Shown here: one piece after another, positions 1-11,249 of the stretch | How the letters are laid out: every line of letters starts with the position of its first letter | How positions within the stretch are numbered: position 1 is the stretch's first letter | NCBI GenBank assembly: GCA_043819795.1 | Contig: JBDREN010000126.1 | Span: 1 to 64,000, forward strand | Length of the DNA: 64,000 nucleotides | Direction: 5' to 3' | DNA from: Elusimicrobiota bacterium | Lineage (GTDB): Bacteria; Elusimicrobiota; Elusimicrobia; UBA1565 | The notes under the pieces: generated by a model | Seen by the model: the letters and a program-made list of their open reading frames with translations, nothing else | What the model was told of the DNA's origin: nothing | Databases searched by the model: none | Position numbers and translations under genes: made by a program

Positions 1-127
1 TCCATGCCCCACCAGGACCGCGCGCTCATCCGGAGCGCGGTGCTCCGCGCCTGGATACAGTCCGCCGCCCGGAGCCGAGCGCCGACGGTTCCCTTAAACG
101 CGCGCTGAGGTTGAATCCAACCGGCTT

Positions 128-516
128 TTGACGCTGTGGAATTTTCCCGTCTTTTCATCCGTTGCGCAACGGGTGGAGCTTTGCCTTTTCGACGATAACG
201 GGCGTGAAACCCGCCGCATAGCTCTTCCCGAAGCCACCGGTCAATGCTGGCACGGATACTTCCCAGAAGTCCGCCCGGTTCAATCTTATGGATTCCGGGT
301 CCACGGCCCATGGGCGCCCGCACACGGCCATAGATGCAACCCGTCGAAACTCCTGCTGGACCCCTACGCGAAGATCGTTCAGGGCGGGGTGGCATGGAAC
401 GAAGCCGTCTTCCCATACGAGCCGGGCAATCAGGATGCCCGCAGCGATTCGGACAGCGCTCCTTTCGTGCCGAAATCTACCGTATTACAGCCCTTCTTCG
501 ATTGGGCGGAGGACGA
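128..516 (+). pseudogene. glgX: Glycogen debranching enzyme GlgX, N-terminal remnant
   Basis: NFPVFSSVAQRVELCLFD...WHGYFPEV...YGFRVHGPWAP..GHRCNPSKLLLDPYAK...SAPFVPKS...FFDW matches the GlgX N-terminus. Similarity stops where the opposite-strand gene ends; the rest of ORF 128..1108 is antisense shadow. Confidence 0.8.
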
Positions 517-1576
517 CGAGGCCCTGCGGCGGAACCGAACGGTATCCGGAGAGGATGCCGTAGCCCAGGCTGATCCAGGCCAGTTCGCGGGCCCGGCGCA
601 CGATCCCATAGGCCAGCCCCGCGGCCGCGGGGAGCCCCAAGGCCGCGAAGATAGCGGCGCGGCCGCCCTCCACCACGCCGATCCTGCCGGGGACGAAAAA
701 GGTGATATTATTAAGGAAAAGGGCGAAGGTCTCTATCGCCAAGGCCGTGGTCCAGTCCGCGGGAAGGCCCAAGAGCCTCAAGCAGATATAGGCTTCGAGC
801 ACGCCGCCGAACCACCCGAGGAAATTGAAGACCAGCGAGAGGGCGAACTCCTTGGGCCGGCGTTCATAAAACCGGAGCAGGAGCCGGTCCGCGTCGTGCG
901 CCCCGGCCTGAGCCTCGACCAGGCCGTCCAGGCGCAGCAGTCTCACGGCGCCGGAGGCGAGGCGGCCGTAGAGTCCGCCGCGCTGGAGCAGCAGCAGGAG
1001 CACGGAGGCTCCGATCATGCCGCCGAGTATCACCGCGCCGCCCCAATACCATTGCGCGGGCAGAGACAGGGTCGTCCAGGAAACGATCAGGCCCGCGAAG
1101 AGGAATAGCGTCAGCGACAAGAAGTCGGAGTACTTGAAAGCCGTGACCGAGGCAATAGCGTCGGGGACCGGCATGACGGCGCGGAGCAGGGCGACCTTGA
1201 CGGGCTCTCCGGCGGCATTTGCCGAAGGGATGCTGCAGTTGACCGCGTCGCCCGCCAGGAAGGGCCGCCAGATCCCGCGCAGGCCGAGCCGCTTGCGCCA
1301 AGGGCCCAGGGTCCAATACCAGGCCAGACAGAAGGAGCCCTGAGCCGGAGCATAGAGCAATACCAGGGCGATCATCCATGGCCAGCCGATGGCCGAGATC
1401 GAGGAGCTGATGGACCGCCAGCCGAGCGCGCGGATCATGCCCGCGATCACGATCAGACCGAGTAGAGCGCAAAGTACCCGAAGGCCCAAGCCGAACAGAC
1501 CGCGCCGGGCGGCGGGGGGCTGATCGGACCGCGCCGGACCGTGGACCGGGGGATCGAGGAGGACGGCGGCCCTCAT
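485..1576 (-). CDS. Lysylphosphatidylglycerol-synthase TM / flippase-like membrane protein
   Basis: Multi-TM; N..PS...GEPVKV.LL and PGRIGVVEGG motifs. ATG at 1576 overlaps the upstream stop (ATGA). Confidence 0.75.
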   Translation of the reverse strand: MRAAVLLDPPVHGPARSDQPPAARRGLFGLGLRVLCALLGLIVIAGMIRALGWRSISSSISAIGWPWMIALVLLYAPAQGSFCLAWYWTLGPWRKRLGLRGIWRPFLAGDAVNCSIPSANAAGEPVKVALLRAVMPVPDAIASVTAFKYSDFLSLTLFLFAGLIVSWTTLSLPAQWYWGGAVILGGMIGASVLLLLLQRGGLYGRLASGAVRLLRLDGLVEAQAGAHDADRLLLRFYERRPKEFALSLVFNFLGWFGGVLEAYICLRLLGLPADWTTALAIETFALFLNNITFFVPGRIGVVEGGRAAIFAALGLPAAAGLAYGIVRRARELAWISLGYGILSGYRSVPPQGLVVLRPIEEGL

Positions 1577-2244
1577 CGGGCGCCGCTCCCGAGCGAGGCT
1601 TCCGCGGGCGCCGGGGTGCGGGCGGTCTTGGTCCGGCCGGGGGCCAGGACGCGGTCCGCGCCGGGAAAGACGAGCCCTTCGGAGAAAACCGTCAGATAGC
1701 AGGCGCCCCCCAGCAGGACCCCGGCCGGGATGTCGACGAAGTAGTGCTGCTTGACCAGCAGGGCGCTCACGGAGATAAGCAGGCAGAAACCCCACGCGAG
1801 CAGTCCGGCGGCGGGCCCTCGCAGGCTCCAGGTCAGGCAGGCGATAAAGGCGGTATTGGCCACATGGAGGCTGGGGAAAAGGTTGAACCCGGGGTCGATC
1901 CTGTAGAGGCCGTGCAGGACGGTCTCGGTGAGGTCCGACGGGACGATCTCCGGACGGGCCATGCGCAGGGGGATCAGGGCGAAGAATATGAAGGCCACTG
2001 CGAACTGCAGGCCATAGCCGAGGGCCGTGCGCCTGAAGGTCTCTATCCGCCGCCGGACCTCGACGAACACGAGCGGGAGAAAGCAGGCGGGGAAGTACAG
2101 GATATAGATCCAGACCCAGCCGGGAGAAAACGGGATCAGCTGGTCCAGGCGGATGCTCGCGTCCCAAGGGACGGCCTCCGGGGCGAAAAGCCGGGCATTG
2201 CTCCAGGTCAGGAAATAGAAGCCCGCGGTAAGGACCACCGACAA
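1573..2244 (-). CDS. PAP2 / Aur1-like membrane phosphatase or phosphotransferase
   Basis: DPGFNLFPSLHVA and KQHYFVD motifs; hydrophobic helices. Start uncertain. Confidence 0.8.
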   Translation of the reverse strand: MSVVLTAGFYFLTWSNARLFAPEAVPWDASIRLDQLIPFSPGWVWIYILYFPACFLPLVFVEVRRRIETFRRTALGYGLQFAVAFIFFALIPLRMARPEIVPSDLTETVLHGLYRIDPGFNLFPSLHVANTAFIACLTWSLRGPAAGLLAWGFCLLISVSALLVKQHYFVDIPAGVLLGGACYLTVFSEGLVFPGADRVLAPGRTKTARTPAPAEASLGSGAR

Positions 2245-2258
2245 TGCGGCCGCCGTGA

Positions 2259-3032
2259 TTAGCGGCTCTCTTGTTCTGCCGATAAGGCCTTCCTCCCGGA
2301 CGTCCGAGAGGCCCCCAAAGAGGAGAGCCCGACTTCACCAAGCCGTTTCACTTCCCTGATAGTGTAGCCTTTTAATTCATGTTTAGGAATTTCGAGGCGA
2401 GAGTCGACAGCGTCAAGAAACTCAAGCTTGTTACCGCTTGTCGCTTGAGGCAAGGGGAAAAGATGATAATCAACTCGTGAAAAAGGTTTCGGCAAATAAG
2501 TCTTGTTATTTGATTTCGCGAAATCCCACGCATTGTCGCAATCCGGGATGCATTGCATGCTGGCGGACCTTGAATTGAGCGATATATAATAGATTCCGGA
2601 TTTCGCTTTAAAGTAAGGTCCTCTTGGCCCGTCTACGGCAAGCCCTACCACATAAGAACTTTCTGAACACAATTCTTGAAGGTGATAAGAAGCTTTCTTT
2701 CCGTCTCTGGAAGAAGAGCCTCTAGCCACTTTAAGCCCAAGAAATATCAAGGCTCCAGCGATGATGCTTCCATCCTTAGACAGGCTGGCCATTGTGGCGC
2801 TTTTTCCTAATTGGCCGTAACGAGCGCAGGAAAGTTCGTCTTTATGCCAATGGGCGCAGATAATCGAGTTCGGTAATTCTTTTGAAAATACATTAAAGGG
2901 TTTGATCCCTTCATGGAAATAGATCTTGGTCCGCCATGTGATACTTAATAGCCAGTAGACTAAACCCAAAAAATACCCAAGGCCAAGTGACATTGAGTTG
3001 ATAGCGTAGCCCCGATAAGCGGTCGGCATCAA
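2259..3032 (-). CDS. DUF374 / lysophospholipid acyltransferase-family protein, low GC
   Basis: WH...S.SKDG, RGSSSRDG, AVDGPRGP, LPKPFS motifs; much more AT-rich than its neighbours. Confidence 0.75.
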   Translation of the reverse strand: MMPTAYRGYAINSMSLGLGYFLGLVYWLLSITWRTKIYFHEGIKPFNVFSKELPNSIICAHWHKDELSCARYGQLGKSATMASLSKDGSIIAGALIFLGLKVARGSSSRDGKKASYHLQELCSESSYVVGLAVDGPRGPYFKAKSGIYYISLNSRSASMQCIPDCDNAWDFAKSNNKTYLPKPFSRVDYHLFPLPQATSGNKLEFLDAVDSRLEIPKHELKGYTIREVKRLGEVGLSSLGASRTSGRKALSAEQESR

Positions 3033-3116
3033 GGAGTCGTTGCCCAGGCGGCCATGGCGGGACTGGGATGAAGCGGACCGATCACGGCGATGTCGTGATC
3101 GGCCCGCTTCATCCCC

Positions 3117-4811
3117 TTATCCCCTCCGGCAGGCGCACACGGCGCTCTTCTGTCTTTCCCTTCCGGCGGGGCTTCTTTCAATGAATATCTTTTCCCCCGT
3201 GAAAGGGTCCTTGCCCGTGTGATACATAAGCGTCGAATAGGTGGAGGGCGCGGGCGTGAAGATCTGGACCTGTTCCGGCCGCAGGCGCAGGGTCTCGGTC
3301 GTGAAACGTTTGAGCGCGGCCATATCGCCGAAGGCGCAGCCGGGATGGGCCGCGATGAAGTAATAGGTCAGGAACTGCCTCTTGCCGGACTCATTGTTGA
3401 GCGCGACGAACAACTCCCGGAATCGCCGGAGCTGTCCGATATCGGGTTTTCCCATGAGCCTGAGCACCCGGCTCTCCGAATGCTCCGGCGCGAGCTTCAG
3501 CTGGCCCGATATATGATGCTCCACAAGCCGCTTAAGATACCGCTCGCCGGATCCCCGCGCGGCGAAAACAAGATCGTAGCGGACCCCCGACGCGACGCAA
3601 ACCCGGTCTATCCCGGGCAGGCTCCCGAGACGCTCCAGCAGATCCGTCAGGCGCGAGTGGTCCGTGAGCAACGCCCCGCAGGCGCGGGGGAACAAGCAGC
3701 GCCTTTTTCCGCATAAGGCGCCGCCGGACGTTTTTCCGCATCCGGTGCCGTACATGTTCGCCGTCGGCCCGCCCACGTCGGCTATGACGCCCTTAAAACC
3801 GGGGCGGCGGGCCAGCTCCTTCGCCTCACGGATGATGGACGCCTCGCTTCTCGAAACCACGCGCCTTCCCTGGTGCGACGCGATGGCGCAGAAGTTGCAC
3901 TCGCCGTAGCAGCCCCGGTGGGTCGTTATGGAGAAGCGGATCGTCTCCAGCGCGCGTATCTCGCCGCCTTTCCTGCAGCGCGGATGCGCGTCCCTTTCGT
4001 ACGGCAGGTTATGGACGTGGTCCAGCTCATCGGGGGTGAGCGGGCGGGCCGGCGGGTTGTGGATGAGGTATCTATCGCCATGCGCCTGCACGAGCCCCTT
4101 GGCGGAAGGCGGCTCGTTGTTGCCGTAAAACACGCGGAACATCTCCGCGAACTCCCGCTCGTCTTTCGCGACCGCCTCGTAAGAAGGCAGCTCCAGAAAC
4201 CCGGCCTTCTTGGTCTTCGCTATATGGCAGACGCCCCGGACGCCGGACGGGTCCTTCCCCTCTTTTAGGAGTTCCGCGATCCGCGTCGCGGCCCTCTCGC
4301 CCATGCCGTAGACGAGGAGATCGGCTTTCGCGTCGAAAAGCACGCAGCGGCGGATGGAATCGCTCCAGAAATCGTAATGCGCCACGCGCCTCAGGCTGGC
4401 TTCCAGACCGCCCAATACTATGGGGGCGGTGTTCCTGAAGTGACGGCGTATCAGGTTCGCGTAGGCGATGAGCGCCCTGTCGGGGCGTCTCGTGTTTTTT
4501 CCGCCCGGCGTGAGGTCGTCGCGTCGCCGCCGCTTCCCGGAGGCGGTGCGGTTGGATATCATCGAATCCATGCACCCGGACGTGACGCCCCAATAAAGGG
4601 CGGGCTCTCCGAGCCGCGAGATATCGGCGGCGGCGCCGACGTCCGGCTGGGAGATGACGCCGACCCTGTACCCCTTGTCGAGAAGCGCCCTGCCGATAAC
4701 GGCGACCCCGATATGCGGGCTGTCGATATACGCGTCGCCCGTGACGAGGATGATATCGAGCTTGTCCCAGCCGAGCGCGCCGACTTCTCTAGGTGTGGCG
4801 GGCAGAAACAT
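3117..4811 (-). CDS. ygiQ: YgiQ (UPF0313) radical SAM protein
   Basis: MFLPAT..E...LGWD.LDIILVTGDAYIDSP; CYGECNFC motif; QVQIFTPAPST. Confidence 0.92.
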   Translation of the reverse strand: MFLPATPREVGALGWDKLDIILVTGDAYIDSPHIGVAVIGRALLDKGYRVGVISQPDVGAAADISRLGEPALYWGVTSGCMDSMISNRTASGKRRRRDDLTPGGKNTRRPDRALIAYANLIRRHFRNTAPIVLGGLEASLRRVAHYDFWSDSIRRCVLFDAKADLLVYGMGERAATRIAELLKEGKDPSGVRGVCHIAKTKKAGFLELPSYEAVAKDEREFAEMFRVFYGNNEPPSAKGLVQAHGDRYLIHNPPARPLTPDELDHVHNLPYERDAHPRCRKGGEIRALETIRFSITTHRGCYGECNFCAIASHQGRRVVSRSEASIIREAKELARRPGFKGVIADVGGPTANMYGTGCGKTSGGALCGKRRCLFPRACGALLTDHSRLTDLLERLGSLPGIDRVCVASGVRYDLVFAARGSGERYLKRLVEHHISGQLKLAPEHSESRVLRLMGKPDIGQLRRFRELFVALNNESGKRQFLTYYFIAAHPGCAFGDMAALKRFTTETLRLRPEQVQIFTPAPSTYSTLMYHTGKDPFTGEKIFIERSPAGRERQKSAVCACRRG

Positions 4812-4835
4812 GGACCATTCCGTCGGCCATAGAGC

Positions 4836-6107
4836 CTACAAAAGCCGCCCGCCGCGGCGGCGCCACCGGGTCCGCGAACCGCGCCGATTATTGCGCCCGT
4901 CGCCCGCCCACGTTCTCTTCCGCCCCTCGGCCTTGGGCTGTTTCTGGGGCGGGGCCTCGCCGCCCGGCGGCGGCGTCACCCCTTCGACCTTCCGCCTCGG
5001 GAGACGTTTTCGCAAGAGGCGTTCGATGGCCGCGAGATGCGGGTATTCCTCGGGCGAGACCAAAGACAAGGCCTCGCCTTCGCGGCCGATACGGCCGGTA
5101 CGGCCGATGCGGTGCACATAGTCCTCAGGGATGTTCGGTAGATCGAAATTGACGACATGCGGCAGCTGGTCGATATCTAGGCCCCGAGACGCGATATCGG
5201 TGGCCACCAAGACCTGCACGTCTCCGTCCTTGAAGCCGGCCAAGGCCCTGGTGCGCGCGCCCTGGCTCTTGTTGCCGTGGATAGCCACCGCATGGATGCC
5301 GTCGCGCACCAGCTTCTTGGTCAGCTGATTGGCCCGCGCCTTGGTCCGGGTGAACACCAGGACTTGGTACCACTGCCCGGTGCGGATGAGGTGCGACAAT
5401 AGGGCATGCTTCCCTCTATGATCGACCGGGTGGACGACCTGATTGACGCCCTCCGCCGCGGCGCTCCGACGGGCCACGTGGATGCGCTTCGGCGAGTTCA
5501 GAAGCTTGCCGCACAATCGCTCGATCTCGTCCGGGAACGTCGCCGAGAACAACAGGGTCTGCCGGTGCTCGGGCAGCTCACGCATGACCTTCTTGATGTC
5601 GGGCAGAAAGCCCATGTCGAGCATGCGATCAGCCTCGTCGAGGACGAAGACCTCGACCGCGCTCAGCTGCAGCTTGCCCTGGCGCAGGTGGTCGAGCAAC
5701 CGCCCCGGCGTCGCGACGACGATATCGACGCCGCGTCGGAACTCGGCCACCTGGCGATTCATGCTGACGCCTCCGAAGACCACCGCCGCCCTGAACGGCA
5801 GATGCTTGCCGTAGTCGCACATGCTGACGTGCACCTGGGCCGCCAGCTCCCGCGTCGGCGTCAGGATAAGGGCGCGGACCGTACGATGCTCGGGACGATG
5901 CCGTCCCCCGCGCAAACGCTGCAACAAAGGCAGGGCGAAAGCCGCCGTCTTGCCGGTCCCGGTCTGCGCTCCGCCCATGATGTCGTACCCGCTAAGGACG
6001 ACCGGGATGGCCTCGCGCTGGATCGGCGTCGGCTGGAGGTACCCCTTATCGCGCACCGCGCGGAGCAGCTCGTCGGACAACCCCAGCGCGTCGAATCCGC
6101 CGCTCAT
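4836..6107 (-). CDS. rhlE: DEAD-box RNA helicase, RhlE-like
   Basis: [29 protein letters not shown] motifs; Arg-rich tail. Confidence 0.93.
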   Translation of the reverse strand: MSGGFDALGLSDELLRAVRDKGYLQPTPIQREAIPVVLSGYDIMGGAQTGTGKTAAFALPLLQRLRGGRHRPEHRTVRALILTPTRELAAQVHVSMCDYGKHLPFRAAVVFGGVSMNRQVAEFRRGVDIVVATPGRLLDHLRQGKLQLSAVEVFVLDEADRMLDMGFLPDIKKVMRELPEHRQTLLFSATFPDEIERLCGKLLNSPKRIHVARRSAAAEGVNQVVHPVDHRGKHALLSHLIRTGQWYQVLVFTRTKARANQLTKKLVRDGIHAVAIHGNKSQGARTRALAGFKDGDVQVLVATDIASRGLDIDQLPHVVNFDLPNIPEDYVHRIGRTGRIGREGEALSLVSPEEYPHLAAIERLLRKRLPRRKVEGVTPPPGGEAPPQKQPKAEGRKRTWAGDGRNNRRGSRTRWRRRGGRLL

Positions 6108-6290
6108 AAGATCAATTCCATCTCAGAAGTATACTCCGAAACATCCGCGGACTCCAGGTCCGGAAAGCCACCGCTGAGATAAGTCGGATCGGAAGCGGTC
6201 CTCGCTGGCCCTCAGCCCCCCAGGACTGTCGGGAAGAATATCGGCCGGATTTTCGCCCGGAGTATCGGCGTGGAAGGGCTGCCATTATGA

Positions 6291-6314
6291 TTGGCTATTT
6301 GGCATAATAGCCAA
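6291..6314. promoter_or_regulatory. Putative ArsR operator
   Basis: Perfect inverted repeat TTGGCTATT-N6-AATAGCCAA, overlapping a TATGAT -10-like hexamer, just upstream of arsR. Confidence 0.7.
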
Positions 6315-6339
6315 GATAGACCCCGGAGAGGATGATCTC

Positions 6340-6660
6340 ATGGACTCCAAATTGCGGGCGAAATTCGAAGCCCGCGCCAAGATCGTCAAGGCGATGGCGC
6401 ACCCGACGCGGCTCTACATCGTCGATGAGCTGTCCCGCGCGGAACGCTGCGTCCAGGAGCTGACCAAGTCCATCGGAGCGGACATATCCACGGTCTCGAA
6501 GCACCTTTCGATCCTGAAGAACGCGGGGATCGCGAAGGACGAGAAGCGCGGGACCCAAGTCTACTACCGCCTGCAGACGCCCTGCGTCACGAAGTTCTTC
6601 TCGTGCGTCGAGGGAGTGCTGAAGTCCCGCGCGAGACGGCAACTGCTGCTTACGCGGTAG
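6340..6660 (+). CDS. arsR: ArsR/SmtB-family repressor
   Basis: KAMAHPTRL.I...ERCVQEL...STVSKHL.ILK.AG; Cys pair near the C-terminus. Confidence 0.9.
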   Translation: MDSKLRAKFEARAKIVKAMAHPTRLYIVDELSRAERCVQELTKSIGADISTVSKHLSILKNAGIAKDEKRGTQVYYRLQTPCVTKFFSCVEGVLKSRARRQLLLTR

Positions 6661-6669
6661 AGGCGGCGC

Positions 6670-7968
6670 ATGAACTGGAAAAAAGAGTGGAAGCCCTTGG
6701 CCGCGATCATCGCGGTATTCCTGGCGTGCTTCTATCTTCCCATCGGGACTCCCCGCTCCGACACGGCGATGATGGAGGCCTTGCTCCTGGTCAAATGGTA
6801 CGCCCGAGAGCACGTGATCCTCTGCCTGCTGCCGGCCTTCTTCATCGCGGGCGCCATCGCGGTCTTCGTGAGCCAGGGGTCGGTCATGAAGTATCTGGGG
6901 CCCAAAGCCAACAAGGCCCTGGCCTACGGAGTGGCGTCGGTCTCCGGGACCATCCTGGCCGTGTGCTCCTGCACCGTGCTGCCGCTGTTCGCGGGGATCT
7001 ACCGCATCGGGGCCGGCCTCGGCCCGGCGACCGCCTTCCTCTATTCAGGGCCGGCGATCAACGTATTGGCGATCGTCCTCACCGCGCGGGTCTTGGGTCT
7101 GGGGATGGGCGTCGCCCGGGCAGTCGGCGCGATCGCCTTCAGCGTCGTGATCGGGCTGCTCATGCACCTGATCTTCCGCAAAGAAGAGCTGGCCAAGGCC
7201 GCCGCGCAGATCGCCATGCCGGAGCCCGCAGTGACCCGGCCCCTCTGGCAGAACGCGCTCTACTTCGCGGTGATGGTCGGCATACTCGTCTTCGCCAACT
7301 GGGGCAAGCCCGCTGAAGCCGCCGGTCTGTGGCACGCGATATACTCGGGGAAATGGCTCGCGACAGGCGCCCTATCCGCCGGCCTGGGGATCATCCTGGC
7401 CCTCTGGTTCGGGCTTTCCTGGGGAAAGATCCTGGCGGCCGCGGCCCCGACGATCACGCTGGCCGTCGTTTTTCCGCGTCAGCCCATGATCGCCTTCGCG
7501 GCCGGCGTGATCGGGCTGTCCGCGATCACAAGCGCCACGGCGGGGGAAGCGCGGGACTGGTTCTCTCAGTCCTGGGGTTTCGCCAAGCAGATACTCCCGC
7601 TCCTGCTGGCCGGAGTCCTCGTCGCGGGTCTTCTGCTCGGAAGGCCGGGACACGAGGGGCTGATCCCCTCCGAGTGGATTTACCGCGCGGTCGGCGGCAA
7701 TTCGTTGCGGGCCAATCTGTTCGCCTCGGTCGCCGGAGCCTTTATGTACTTCGCGACGCTCACGGAGGTCCCCATCCTGGAGGGGCTTATGGGCAACGGG
7801 ATGGGCAAGGGTCCGGCGCTGGCCCTGCTTCTGGCGGGGCCCGCTTTATCCTTGCCCAACATGCTGGTCATACGCAGCGTGCTGGGAACGAAGAAGACCG
7901 CCGTATTCGTCTCCCTCGTGATCGCCATGGCGACGATCTCGGGGATGTTCTACGGAGCCATCTTCTGA
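6670..7968 (+). CDS. DUF318 permease (ArsP-like)
   Basis: AVCSCTVLPLF, FLYSGPAIN, FMYFATLTEVPI, GPALSLP motifs; multi-TM. Confidence 0.88.
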   Translation: MNWKKEWKPLAAIIAVFLACFYLPIGTPRSDTAMMEALLLVKWYAREHVILCLLPAFFIAGAIAVFVSQGSVMKYLGPKANKALAYGVASVSGTILAVCSCTVLPLFAGIYRIGAGLGPATAFLYSGPAINVLAIVLTARVLGLGMGVARAVGAIAFSVVIGLLMHLIFRKEELAKAAAQIAMPEPAVTRPLWQNALYFAVMVGILVFANWGKPAEAAGLWHAIYSGKWLATGALSAGLGIILALWFGLSWGKILAAAAPTITLAVVFPRQPMIAFAAGVIGLSAITSATAGEARDWFSQSWGFAKQILPLLLAGVLVAGLLLGRPGHEGLIPSEWIYRAVGGNSLRANLFASVAGAFMYFATLTEVPILEGLMGNGMGKGPALALLLAGPALSLPNMLVIRSVLGTKKTAVFVSLVIAMATISGMFYGAIF

Positions 7969-7981
7969 TCGGGAGGCATTC

Positions 7982-8212
7982 ATGAAAATCCAGATACTGG
8001 GCACGGGCTGCCCCAAATGCCATAAGCTCGCCGAGGCCGCCGAGTCGGCCGCCAAGGAGCTGGGCCTGGATTTCGAGCTTGAGAAGGTAACGGACATCAA
8101 CGAGATAACGAAATTCGGCGTTCTGATGACCCCGGCGCTCGCGGTGGACGGCGAGGTTAAGGTGGCCGGAAAGGTCCCGTCCGCGGACGAGATCAAGAAG
8201 ATGCTCGGCTAG
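7982..8212 (+). CDS. MTH895/ArsE-type small thioredoxin-like protein
   Basis: MKIQILGTGCPKC...TPALAVDGEVK..GKVPS. Confidence 0.9.
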   Translation: MKIQILGTGCPKCHKLAEAAESAAKELGLDFELEKVTDINEITKFGVLMTPALAVDGEVKVAGKVPSADEIKKMLG

Positions 8213-8261
8213 CGCAGGGGGAGATTGCGAAAGGGAATCGGCCGCGCTTGAGGAGGATACG

Positions 8262-8831
8262 ATGCGCATGAAAAACGCTTTCGCCGGGTTGCTGCTGATG
8301 TTCGTCGCGTGCAGCTTTGTCTATCTTTTGGCTCAACAGTCTTCGGGACCCGTTCCGGCGACGCAGCCGCAGACGCCCGAGCCGTCTCCGAAGGCACAGG
8401 AGCCCGTCCAAGGGCCGAAGGGGGCGGCGGTAGAGAGCGCAAGCCAGCCGGAGCCCGCTCCTCGACCGGCCGCTGAAAAAGCCGCTTATCCGCGAGTGAT
8501 CGCCTACTACTTCCACGGCGCCACGCGCTGTGTTACATGCAAGAAGCTCGAAGCCTACTCTGAAGCCGCTTTGAGGTCGGCCTTCCCCAAGGAGCTTGAA
8601 GCCGGCGTCCTGGAATGGCGCACCGTCAATATCGACGAGCCGGAAAACAAACACTTCATCAAGGACTATCAGCTTTTCACCAAGTCGCTGGTGATATCCA
8701 GGCTGGAGGAAGGCGAGCAGGTGGATTGGAAGAACCTCGACCGGATATGGAAGCTGGTCGGAGATAAGGACGCCTTCGCCGAATACGTGCGGTCCGAGGT
8801 CCGGCTCAGCCTCGAGCCGGAAACGGAATAG
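8262..8831 (+). CDS. ArsF-like exported CxxC protein
   Basis: N-terminal anchor; YYFHGATRCVTC; VNIDEPENKHF.KDYQL; WKNLD.IW. Confidence 0.75.
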   Translation: MRMKNAFAGLLLMFVACSFVYLLAQQSSGPVPATQPQTPEPSPKAQEPVQGPKGAAVESASQPEPAPRPAAEKAAYPRVIAYYFHGATRCVTCKKLEAYSEAALRSAFPKELEAGVLEWRTVNIDEPENKHFIKDYQLFTKSLVISRLEEGEQVDWKNLDRIWKLVGDKDAFAEYVRSEVRLSLEPETE

Positions 8832-8836
8832 GGGCC

Positions 8837-9514
8837 ATGCTGGCGGTCCTCTCCGCGGTCTGGCTGGGCATCCTGACCTCCATCAGCCCCTGCCCCCTGG
8901 CCACCAACATCGCGGCCATCTCCTACATCGGCAAGGGGCTCGGCCGGCCCTCCCAGGTGTTCTTGACCGGGCTCCTCTATACCCTGGGCAGGATGGCCGC
9001 CTATGTGGGCGTCGCGGTCATCCTGCTCACCTGGGCTTTGTCCGTCCCGAGCGTATCGTTCTTCCTGCAGAACCAGATGAACAAGCTCCTGGCTCCGCTG
9101 CTGATCCTCGTGGGGATGACCCTGCTTGAGCTCATCCGGATCGATATCCCCTGGCCGAGCATAGGAAGCGGGATACAGAAGCTCGCGGACTCGCTGGGCA
9201 TCTGGGCCGCGGCTCCTCTGGGGGCGGTCTTCGCCCTGTCCTTCTGCCCCGTGTCGGCGGCGCTATTCTTCGGGAGCCTGCTGCCTCTCGCGGCGAAATG
9301 GGACTCCTCGGTGGGATTGCCGGCCCTCTACGGTCTGGGGACCGGGCTGCCCGTGCTGGGCTTCGCGGTCGTGATCGCCTTCGGACTTAATCGGCTCGGA
9401 GCGGCCTTCGACAAGCTGACGCGCTTTGAATGGTGGGCCCGGCGGATCACGGGAGGGGTCTTTATCTGCGTCGGCGTCTACCTGTCTCTCAAGTACATAT
9501 TCCGGCTGTTCTAG
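8837..9514 (+). CDS. ArsG-like / DsbD_2 membrane protein
   Basis: LTSISPCPLATNIAAISYI and FALSFCPVSAALFF motifs. Confidence 0.82.
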   Translation: MLAVLSAVWLGILTSISPCPLATNIAAISYIGKGLGRPSQVFLTGLLYTLGRMAAYVGVAVILLTWALSVPSVSFFLQNQMNKLLAPLLILVGMTLLELIRIDIPWPSIGSGIQKLADSLGIWAAAPLGAVFALSFCPVSAALFFGSLLPLAAKWDSSVGLPALYGLGTGLPVLGFAVVIAFGLNRLGAAFDKLTRFEWWARRITGGVFICVGVYLSLKYIFRLF

Positions 9515-9747
9515 CCGGGCTTGAGCAGCCCCTTCAGCTCGGCGACCGCAGGGACTCTTCCGGAGACCACGATCTTTCCATCGACGAGCACGGCCGGGGT
9601 CGCCATGACTCCCAGCCCGGCGAACTCGTTGATATCCGTGACGTGCGAGACGTCGGCGGGCAGCTGAAGCGCCGAGCAGGCGTCTATCACGTTCTGATGC
9701 GTCGTCCGGCACCTGGGACAACCCGGCCCCACCACCTGTATCTTCAT
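9511..9747 (-). CDS. Second MTH895/ArsE-type thioredoxin-like protein
   Basis: [13 protein letters not shown]...[19 protein letters not shown] at 9747 overlaps the acr3 stop. Confidence 0.88.
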   Translation of the reverse strand: MKIQVVGPGCPRCRTTHQNVIDACSALQLPADVSHVTDINEFAGLGVMATPAVLVDGKIVVSGRVPAVAELKGLLKPG

Positions 9748-10796
9748 TTCGCCCCCCCGAAGTACCTCTTCCGGAAGAACAAGGCGACGTTGACCAAGCC
9801 GATGAGCACGGGAACCTCCACCAACGGTCCGATGACCGCGGCGAAAGCCACGCCCGAGTTGATCCCGAACACGGCCACCGCCACCGCGATGGCCAGCTCG
9901 AAGTTGTTGCTGGCCGCGGTGAACGACAAAGTCGCGGTCTTCGAGTAGTCCGCGCCGACGGCTTTCCCCATGAAGAAGCTGACAAGGAACATCACCACGA
10001 AGTAGATGAGCAGGGGTACGGCGATGCGGACCACATCCAGCGGGATCGTCACGATGAGCTTGCCCTTGAGGCTGAACATAACGACGATGGTGAACAGCAG
10101 GGCGATCAGCGTTATCGGGCTTATCTTGGGGATGAAAGTCTTTTCGTACCAATCCCGCCCTTTCGCTTTGAGCAATACGACGCGCGAGATCACCCCGGCC
10201 AGAAACGGTATCCCGAGGTAGATGAAGACGCTCTTGGCGATCTGTCCCATCGTCACTTCCACGACGCTGCCACTCAGGCCGAACTTCGGCGGAAGGACCG
10301 TGATGAAGATGTAGGCGTAGAGGCTGAAGAACAATACCTGGAAGATGCTGTTGAAGGCCACGAGCCCGGCGCAATACTCGGTGTCCCCCTCGGCCAGTTC
10401 GTTCCAGACGATGACCATCGCGATGCACCGGGCGAGGCCGATCATGATGAGGCCGACCATGTATTCCGGATACCCCCGCAGGAAGGTGATGGCCAAAAAG
10501 AACATGAAGATGGGGCCGATGACCCAGTTCTGGACTAGGGACAGTCCCAAGACCTTCCAGTTGCGGAAAACGTCCCCAAGCTCCTCGTATTTCACCTTCG
10601 CCAAGGGGGGGTACATCATGAGGATGAGGCCGATGGCGATCGGGAGATTGGTCGTCCCGACTTGGAAGCGGTTGATGAAGGACTCCACCCCGGTGAAGAA
10701 ATAGCCGGCCCCGACACCGACCGCCATGGCGACGAATATCCACAGGGTCAGAAACCTGTCCAAAAACGACAACTTCTGCGCTACGCTCTTCTCCAT
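9744..10796 (-). CDS. acr3: ACR3 arsenite efflux transporter
   Basis: [55 protein letters not shown]. Confidence 0.95.
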   Translation of the reverse strand: MEKSVAQKLSFLDRFLTLWIFVAMAVGVGAGYFFTGVESFINRFQVGTTNLPIAIGLILMMYPPLAKVKYEELGDVFRNWKVLGLSLVQNWVIGPIFMFFLAITFLRGYPEYMVGLIMIGLARCIAMVIVWNELAEGDTEYCAGLVAFNSIFQVLFFSLYAYIFITVLPPKFGLSGSVVEVTMGQIAKSVFIYLGIPFLAGVISRVVLLKAKGRDWYEKTFIPKISPITLIALLFTIVVMFSLKGKLIVTIPLDVVRIAVPLLIYFVVMFLVSFFMGKAVGADYSKTATLSFTAASNNFELAIAVAVAVFGINSGVAFAAVIGPLVEVPVLIGLVNVALFFRKRYFGGAK

Positions 10797-10799
10797 TTC

Positions 10800-11224
<425 letters not shown>

Positions 11225-11249
<25 letters not shown>

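Noticed and set aside
1..108. 3' end of an upstream CDS (frame +1, stop at 106-108)
   Set aside because: Too short to assign.
128..1108. 326-aa ORF as one real protein
   Set aside because: Only the first ~130 aa are GlgX-like; the remainder is antisense to the flippase-like gene.
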